Shown: one piece after another, positions 56,028 to 64,000 of the stretch | Layout of the letters: every line of letters starts with the position of its first letter | Numbering within the stretch: the first letter of the stretch is position 1 | Assembly: GCF_041956535.1 (NCBI RefSeq) | Contig: NW_027192203.1 | Coordinates: 679,406-743,405 of the forward strand | DNA: 64,000 bases | Reading direction: 5' to 3' | Origin: Calcarisporiella thermophila CBS 279.70 | Taxonomy: Eukaryota; Fungi; Calcarisporiellomycota | Position numbers and translations under genes: made by a program | Notes under the pieces: generated by a model | Databases searched by the model: none | What the model saw: the letters and a program-made list of their open reading frames with translations, nothing else | Told to the model about the DNA's origin: nothing

Positions 56028-57609
56028 ATTCCGCACAAAAATATACTATTAAAGAAAAGAACAATCAAAAGCTCTATCGTTTTTAATCTTCTTATTGTGT
56101 ATTATTTACGTGTTGGAATACACTATGTACTTGAAAAATATGTTTTGAATTGGTAAGAACAGTCATTCATGAACCGGATGAAGTTTCTTGAGCTGTCCAA
56201 AGCGGTGATCATCCGAATATACTCATATTGTCTTTCGGCGATATATTTGGTTCTCGATGGGATGATCCACAACGCAGTTTGTGGATTCAAAATGGTGTAA
56301 CTAGAAAAAAAAGTTATGAATACGAGATATGAATCAATGCATGCTCCTTCTTCACTCCTCCAAAGCAAATGTGTGTATCGTCAGTACTCTCTCTGCTTAT
56401 TGCCGACTAATTCAGTTCAACTTACCAACAAACCTTAGGCAAATGCTTAGAATGTCAGCTGCTCAGCCATGCTTATTTAGGAGAAAACTTGGGAGGCATT
56501 AATAAATTAAATCAGATCATCCCAACTATTCAGAATGAGGTATGTGTGAATCTCAGTATGGTATGGCGGGTCCTGTAACCGCTACATTGCTTTATTATTT
56601 GAAATTTACCACGATACTTGGCTCATAACTGGAGAGGGTGTTTCTAACCAAATCAGGATGGACTAGCTACCAGTGCAGAGAACCAATCGTGGTACACACT
56701 CAAAAGAGATAGAAAAAGCCCAGGCTCCAATGAGAAGAATACCAGATCCCTGTTCTAAGACTTGCCTTAATTTCGTAATAATGCATTCTCGATAGAATAT
56801 TAAGCGAGCAAAGTCGTGATCATTTTGAGGTCGAATAATTAGCAACATGCCAATATTTCTGCTAAATGGCCTACTAGGTAACTCATGGGGTTTATTTAGA
56901 TTTCTAAGTGAACGCTACCGAGCCAAACGCTTTGCCCTATATATTATCCAAACTCTCATTAATACAAGCGAACTACACTAGAAAAGCATCTAAAATAAAG
57001 TTAACACTCCCACCTTCGTTGCCAAGAATTAGGTTACTAGGTTAGCGATTCTATTTTCTTTCGGCGCACGGTTGCTCACGGCGAATCCGATAGTTGCAAT
57101 TAAATTAACGTAACGTATTTAGTGAATCGAAACACGGACTTATAGGCTGGAGGTGAAATTAAACACAAATCCCACCTCCATGTCCCTTTTATGTCACGAT
57201 TATGAAATTTGTACACTAGAAGATGGGCATAGAATCTAGACTACCATTCCATTATTACGTAGTTTGCTCTTTAGCTTACCAAAGGGTTGGCTATATGTTG
57301 TTTGCCTTTCTTGAGTACCTGGATTATTACCTTCACCCCCTTTCAATATTACCCCGAAAGCACCACTTGGATCGCGGTATAGTTTGTTTTTTTTCCATTT
57401 GGCGCTCTGACGTCTCATATGATCAAATATGAATCTGAAATGCTAAACCACTTTGATTGGCACGGTACGTATAAAAGGAAGACGCTTTTCCCTGATCCCT
57501 TTCCAAACGGATCCCCTTATTTCTTCATTCGTCTTTCACTTGAGCCTCTTCTTCTCCCCTATCCCTTATAGTTTACCCCCCTCTTTACTACTTCTTGTGC
57601 CTGCGTGTT

Positions 57610-59273
57610 ATGCGGTTTTTTAATGCGTTAATTCTCGGCGCTACACTGATGAGTAGCGTTTCTATTGTGTCTTCTCAGGAACTAAGCGATGCCGAGATAC
57701 AGTCGGTCCTCGACAAATACAATAACCCTTCCAGCGAAAAGCAGGTTTCCTATAAAGGTCATCAAGTGCTGACGTTCAATATACGCAATCAAACTGAGCT
57801 GGATGAATTGACTAAAGTGATTGAGGTAGAGTAGACACAACGTAAAGAGATCTGAAGAAGGCGACGATGGAATAAGAGTTTTATTTTTATATTCTGCTTC
57901 AATAGAAATATTCGCTTGATGAGTGGACCGAGCCTCGTATCGGATCAGTGGATGTTCGAGTGCAACCTGAGTTCAATGCTGCAGTCCGCTCTGCCATCCG
58001 TTCTCCAATGAAGGTCAAGATTCTCGACCTAGATGCTGCCATCCTTCGGTCCAAGAGCCAGGCTGAAGGCCGGGCTGCAGCCGCGGGAGAGGCCGTATTT
58101 AAAGCCGCCACTGCCGTTGCCCCCCCTAACCCTAGCTTTTTTGACAATTATCATACCTATGAGGAGCTGGCACAGTTTGTGAAAAAACTTAACAGCGACC
58201 ATGGGAACATCACCGAGGTGGTGAGTGCGGGTAAGAGTCATGAGGGGCGAGACATGGTAGGACTGAGAATCAAGGGGAAAGACCCCAAGAAAGTATTCAT
58301 CTTCCATGGAGCACAGCACGCTCGAGAGTGGATCTCACCGGCAAGTAGCACCGTTCACGCGTCACCACCCCCTTCTTTTACTCATCACTTTACTTCTACT
58401 TACCCTAGGCTGTCACCACATATCTCATGAATGCATTTGCAGGTCTGTACGGCAAAGACGAGACGATTACGCAGCTGGTGGACAACTTCGATATCTACGC
58501 GATCCCGGTCATGAATCCCGATGGATACAAGTACACGTGGGGGGCCGATCGCATGTGGCGCAAAAATCGTCAACCGAATAGCAATAGCCGTTGCATCGGG
58601 ACGGACAATAACCGCAACTGGGACACTGACTTTGGCGGTCCTGGGGCTTCCAATAATCCATGCCAAGAAAGTGAGATGTCCAGGGCGCAAATCCATTTCA
58701 TCGTCCTTGGTATTGACCTTTGTTTTCTCTGCATTTCTTCCCTTTTTTAGCCTACCACGGCCCATCCGCCTTCTCTTCGCCTGAAGCCAAAAACATGGCC
58801 GAATTTATTAAAAGTAAAAAAGCCTACGTGTACATTGACTTCCACGCCTACAGTCAGCTATGGATGTGGTCCTATGGCTATTCATGCAATAAAGTAGCTC
58901 CCAACGACAGAAAGTTAAGGGAGTGCGGGAACCGCGCGGTCCAAGCTCTCCAAGCCGTCCACGGCAAGAGTTTTCAGGCGGGACCCATTTGCTCCACGAT
59001 TTATCAGGCGTCGGGAAGTTCCGTTGATTGGGCTACAGATAGTGAGTGTTGGCCCGTGAATGATGGCCCTCTTCTTGAACACCTCTTTGATGCGTCATAT
59101 GAACTTTAACTTCTTTTATTTTCATAGCCGGAAAGGTGCCGTTCTCCTACACGGTTGAGCTTCGCGATAAAGGGGAACAGGGCTTCTTACTCCCGCCCGG
59201 TCAAATTCGCCCCTCTGGAGAGGAAATGCTGGCCGCGGTGATCGAAATGTTGAAGTGTGTGATGGCCAGTTGA
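57610..59273 (+). CDS. Secreted M14A zinc carboxypeptidase, copy 3 (6 exons, one GC-AG intron)
   Basis: AQHAREW, NPDGY, WRKNR, DFHAYSQ, IYQASGSSVDW, YTVELRD. Confidence 0.94.
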
Positions 59274-59979
59274 AACACATCGATACCGCAACATTGGCAG
59301 CCATGGATAGAGCGTGATGTGACGAGGTCCATCCGCCTGCCTATAATTTTGTGTATTTATTAATCTATACGCTGTATTAGTAAATTGGAGAGGAGGCTAG
59401 TGCAGACAAGGTTTGGTACATGATTCACCGAAGATGAATCGGTGAATATCAATAATAAAGTCGGATGCGTAATGAGATGATATAATCCCTCTCGGGGATG
59501 ATAGGAGGACAAGATCCCGAACTCTATAAGAGTCTGGCCCACCGCTATTGGGCCTTGCGTGTCCTAAACAATAGGGGCGATAAACTTGCATGAGCCGCAA
59601 GGATAATAAGGACAACTAACACAAACTTAGTTCTGCGCCTGAGCGCACATTAGCTTAGGTCAGCAGGGATTTTCTAGGGGAGGGAATGCAACAAGTCCAG
59701 AGGCAGCTTTAAAAAAAAATCGTCGTTTAATCATGAGGCATAGGAAAGCGCAGATATAACATAACAGAAGAAAGCATATGCAATATAGAGGTAATTACAG
59801 CGTGATATGATGCGACAAAAAGAAGGGCATAAAATTAGAAAAGAAGAGTGGGCGGTATAAGCATAGTATAGCAAATTTCTACAAAACAAAAATAACAAAA
59901 GAACACGGCGATAAAGAATAAATATATACAGCACAACGTCAATCGCCTCTGTTGTTTTTTTTTCCAATACAAACTATTT

Positions 59980-60360
59980 TCAAGCACCGAAAGTCCCACA
60001 GTCGATCTGTCCCCATGCAAGCGATTCACCGCTTGTCTTGTTCGGTTCCCCTTCGCTAATCTTTGTGAAATAATGGTCTGCAGAATGGGAAGGAGTGGGA
60101 GGAAAACTGTTGCGACGAAAATCACGTGCATCGTCAAGATTAAGGGCGAGCTGCTGTGCTTGGCGTTGGATTGATGGCTTGGCATAAGAGGGAGAGGGAG
60201 GAGGAGAGATGTCGGCCTGCGAGAAGGGCGCATGACGCGGCTCAGGGAATGCAGGCTGAGGATTGTAGCGGCGCCTGGCGGCCTGCTGGACGCAGGTCTC
60301 CGAGCAGTAGAGCGCGCGGTCTATTGGGACGGCGCTTGAGCAGAAGATGCATGAGTCCAT
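59980..60360 (-). CDS. Ecl1-like (extender of chronological lifespan) small zinc-binding protein, 126 aa
   Basis: N-terminal MDSCIFC..ALYCSETC (CxxC..YCSxxC) followed by a Pro/Ser-rich tail; TATA-like and CCAAT elements upstream. Confidence 0.7.
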   Translation of the reverse strand: MDSCIFCSSAVPIDRALYCSETCVQQAARRRYNPQPAFPEPRHAPFSQADISPPPSPSYAKPSIQRQAQQLALNLDDARDFRRNSFPPTPSHSADHYFTKISEGEPNKTSGESLAWGQIDCGTFGA

Positions 60361-60945
60361 GGGGGCAATGGGGGGATGGGAGAGTCGAGAGATGCAGGGG
60401 GAAATGCACAGGGCAGATTGGGAGGGTCTTTGACAAGAGCACAAGGAGGCAAGGTGGGAATGGAGCGCGTCTATTTAAATTGCAAGCCCCGTTGCATTTC
60501 TGAATTTTTTTATCTCCGGAGCATCAGGCCAACGCGATTGGATTGGCGGGTGTTTTCGTGAGTGTGCTGGAGGCTTCGAAAGGTAGGTTTGTGCTAATCT
60601 CACTTTCACAGGATTGCTGACAAGTAGAAATTTCCATTTCATCCTGTGCGTCGCTCCAAAGCTCGCCGGCCATTAGCGGGTTTGAGATTATCGCATCTCC
60701 CGCACTGCCTAAAGCGGGAGGCCTTAATGAAATCGTCCTCGATCAAATGCGGAAACCCCGCTTGCTGATTCGGTTGAGCCTCTCCCGCACGGGTGACGTC
60801 GCCCTTCCATATAATGCCTCTGCCCAAGTGACGTGCCGATTGCCCCTTTTATCCGGTGGCGAACCAAGGCCCGGTTTGGCGTTTCAACCAGCATGGTCTG
60901 GCCGGCAACCTGAGGACCAGTTTCCTTCGCGATTTCCCCCTAGCT

Positions 60946-63295
60946 ATGCCACGCCAGCCGTTCTACTTTGTGATTGTTCTGAAACTAGAGGCCGATGCTG
61001 TCCCCCTTCTTGAAACACTAGGGATAGCGGGGCTTGAACATCGAGTCGAGGAAGGGCGTGACTGGAAAATGGTGTTCGTTGGATGCGGGGGTGAGCGTCT
61101 ACGAAAGGAGATGCTGCGAGAAAGGTGAGACATGAGCCCTGCAAGCCCCTCTGCTCCTGCTCTAATTTGGACGCTGTATAGGATCAATGACTACCTGTGT
61201 GGAACACGGCTCATTGAGGAAGTTCGTGTGGATGACTTGACTGAGGCCGACAAATTGCGACTTGTCTATAGAATAATAACAGCACCGCCACAGGAGCAAG
61301 GCGCAGGCATTGTCCCGGGTAAAGAAGGGGTGGAGAGCATTATGGCATTTCACGATCCAGAGTTGAGCCGAGTATGGTCGTTATCGTACATTCCATGTAG
61401 ACTGCAGACTGAGAAGTTTATCTGACATTGTATTGTAGAAATGGTTGAAGCATTGCGCCACCAAAAAATATTTCCATGGTGACGACTTGAAGATGATAAA
61501 GGACCATTTTGGTGAAAAGGTATGAACTTCAAATCTGCTCCTCATTGTACATAACCAAGTGAGATGAAATCTTCTAACCAGTATATGCTAGTTGGCCTTA
61601 TACTTTGACTTTCTCCAATGCTACACCCTCAGCTTGTCGCTCCCCGCTTTTCTTGGCGTCCTGGCCTATGCTTTCAGTTTTGAATATACCATTGTATTTT
61701 CAGTATTCCTAGTAGTCTGGTCACTCGTCTTCATCGAGCTCTGGTCCCGACGTGAGCAAGTCTTGGCCATAAGGTGGCGTGTCAGACGTTGCGAAAGCAT
61801 TGAAAAGCGACGCGCGGCATTTAAAGAAGGAAAGTATGCAAACTGGCTGCGATGGAAAAAGCGCTGCTACACTCTCCCCGCACTTGCCTTGAGTGCGGCC
61901 CTCGTTGGCACGGGCGTGTCCATGGTGTATCTTGTGCAAATATTCTTGACAGAGTATTACACTGGACCGCTCAAGGAAGTAACTGTGAGTAGCCCCTTTA
62001 TTTTTTTTCTTTTATATCTAGTCTCCCTCTCATTGACCGTCGGGTGTATGTCTCTTTCTTCTCTGTCCCTTCAAGGCGTTCATGCCGGCTATTGTGTATG
62101 CAAGTACGGTCCCGACCATGACAAGGTACTATATGCGATGGGCGCGCCACTTTAACGACCTCGAGAATTATGAAACTGAATCTGAATACGACTACCATCT
62201 CACGAAGAAAATTTTCACTACCAAGGTGCTCACAAGCTATTTCTCACTCTTACTTTGCGCTTGGGTGTAATTATGGCAGTCTTTTTTTTTCTACTTGATA
62301 CTTACACTAAGCTATACTATTTGGGCGATTAGATATATCCCGTGCACGAACTACATCACCAGGCTCTTTTCGCATATCCCTCTACGCACCCAGAGGCCCT
62401 CTCTCGGGACTTCGCGCCTTCGATCCCAGCTTGTGTTCTCTGTTCTTACAGGGCCGATCATTCACGTCCTTACCGAGTTCGTGCAACACATAGCATCCAG
62501 TGGGTTTAAGGCGACGATAAGGCAGTGGCAGGGTGTAGAACAGCTGAAGGAGGAGCTTGGAGAGGGAGAGGAGGGAGTTACCGAGAATGAAAGGGATTTT
62601 GTGCGCAGAGTGGAAAGAGAAATCGGCCTACGGGAATGGGATCTGAACGAGGAATATACCGAGATCACCGCACAGGTAAATGGAGATACGATGACCAGGA
62701 CACTACTGCCATAGTGCCAGGTGCAATAGGATAGCCAGTCTAACCCTATTCTTGGCACCACCCTCTTTAAACTTAGTTTGGATACGTGGTTCTATTTTCT
62801 ACCGTGTGGCCATTGACGCCCCTCTGTGCTTTTCTCCACAACTGGTCCAAGCTTCGATCGGTCTCTCTGCTCCTCTGCAGCGGAGCACGACGTCCCATTC
62901 CTCAACGAGTCGACACGATTGGCCCATGGCTTGAAAACCTGGGGGTGCTCTCATGGTTTTCGAGCACGGTCAACGCGTCTCTAGTGGCCCTCTTCAATCC
63001 CAAGCATCGTTCCCAAATGTCAGTCACCGGGCTGGTAATTTCCATTCTCGGTGCGGAATACGCCTATTATGTGGCAAGAGCTTTATTACGAGCGACCCAC
63101 GCTATCCCTCAGGAGGCGCAGATAGCAATGCGAAGAGAGGAGTATAAGTTGCGCCAAGGAGCTCTGGATCGCTGGCAAACCACTGTGTCGGACAAGGTTC
63201 AAGGGCTCGGAAACCAAATGTTCAGCACAAATACGGATTTTTGGCGGGGCGAAGATGGCGAGGTGCTGGTGAAGAATGTCTTCAAGAGGGAATAG
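60946..63295 (+). CDS. Anoctamin/TMEM16-family protein (fungal Ist2/nhTMEM16-like), 7 exons
   Basis: LTEADKLRLVY, KDHFGEK|LALYFDFL, FIELWSRRE, LENYETESEY, EYTEITAQ|FGYVVLFSTVWPL, RRPIPQRVDTIGPW. Confidence 0.9.
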
Positions 63296-63756
63296 CCGCC
63301 TTTTGCTCTATATCTCCTTTGTAATGCCACCGAAGATGGCCTGCTTTCTTTATCGTTTTTTCTCGTTATTACGATGGTTGTTCTTGTTCGCATTTGAGAC
63401 CTCATCTTGTTCTATCGGCATCCTATTCATTTCTAAATATATCCTCTCTGTTACTTGGCCCATGGCACCGGCCTGTGTTGGCAGTTTTATCCTGAAAAAA
63501 TTTAGCAGGCCTATGTCCCTTTTTTATCTGGGTCTGTGCTCAAGCGTGATTTATTTTTAAATCCGAGACTCCAGTGGCCAAGACTTACACGCTGTGTCAG
63601 TATAGTATTCAGGTAGCACATGCAATTGCGGCCCTGGAATTTTTGTATTGTTTTAATTTTGAACGCTATTTACACCCTCCTCATTCCACCCGGCCCGAAT
63701 TGCAAGACCAAGTTCCCCCCTCATCCCTCATTGCTTGCTTCGCTCATTCTTCGGCG

Positions 63757-64000
63757 ATGAAACACCATTCCGTTCTCCAAAAGTTGGTGATTGCCCTTGG
63801 TCTTCTCTTACTCGTCAACCTACTCTACTATTGTAAGTGGGTGAGGTGGTTTGGTAATTGAATATCGACGCCCTCTCGGAATAGGCCCATTAGGCTAATG
63901 CTCTTTGCCCTTCTCCTCGGAAGACTGTTTCCGCAGGGACCCAGCTTGTAGGCTAAGATACTGCGGTGCTTCCTCCTCTCTCTCTCCTCCGCGATCCCTT
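63757..64000 (+). CDS. Probable 5' end of a type II membrane/signal-anchored protein (runs off the window)
   Basis: MKHHSVLQKLVIALGLLLLVNLLYY followed by a GTAAGT donor and a GCTAAT..CAG intron end. Confidence 0.45.

Noticed and set aside
59380-59625. Passing resemblance to U6atac (GGAGAG..GACAAGG) and U12 (TAAACTT..TAAGGA) snRNAs, or to a SECIS element
   Set aside because: No AAGGAGA box with AGC triad, no UGCCUUA 5' end or Sm site, no GA quartet on the 3' arm, and no plausible in-frame Sec codon nearby.

Overview
Gene-dense, intron-rich eukaryotic DNA with mostly 50-95 nt introns, most consistent with an early-diverging (Mucoromycota/Zoopagomycota-like) fungus. About 26 protein genes are present. 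In order: CHL1 helicase (partial), SmD2, RIM2 carrier, a NIPA Mg transporter, an AP-1-like bZIP, a phosphopantetheinyl transferase, a small secreted 8-Cys protein, a solo LTR abutting a decayed chromovirus, a giant C1-domain UNC79-like protein, a four-core-histone cluster, ERV14, SUB1/PC4, LYRM5, a STRA6-like membrane protein, a Tgl4-like lipase, a short HSF-type factor, TRS120, PRP2/DHX16, three tandem secreted M14 carboxypeptidases, an Ecl1-like protein, an anoctamin and the start of one more gene. Three multi-exon genes absent or nearly absent from the ORF track (the secreted protein, ERV14, SUB1) were assembled by hand. Most notable: (i) a fungal STRA6-like protein with the calmodulin-binding helix and an extra jelly-roll-like ectodomain; (ii) an UNC79-like channel-complex subunit carrying C1 domains; (iii) a TMEM16 whose TM8 Ca2+ ligands are replaced (E>K, D>V); (iv) a clear U12-type intron in ERV14; (v) a ~40-bp SCB-rich module shared by both histone promoters; (vi) an unexplained run of seven perfect hairpins at 59.4-59.65 kb. 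Family assignments come from motif recognition by eye and from memory, not database searches, and exon boundaries are manual.
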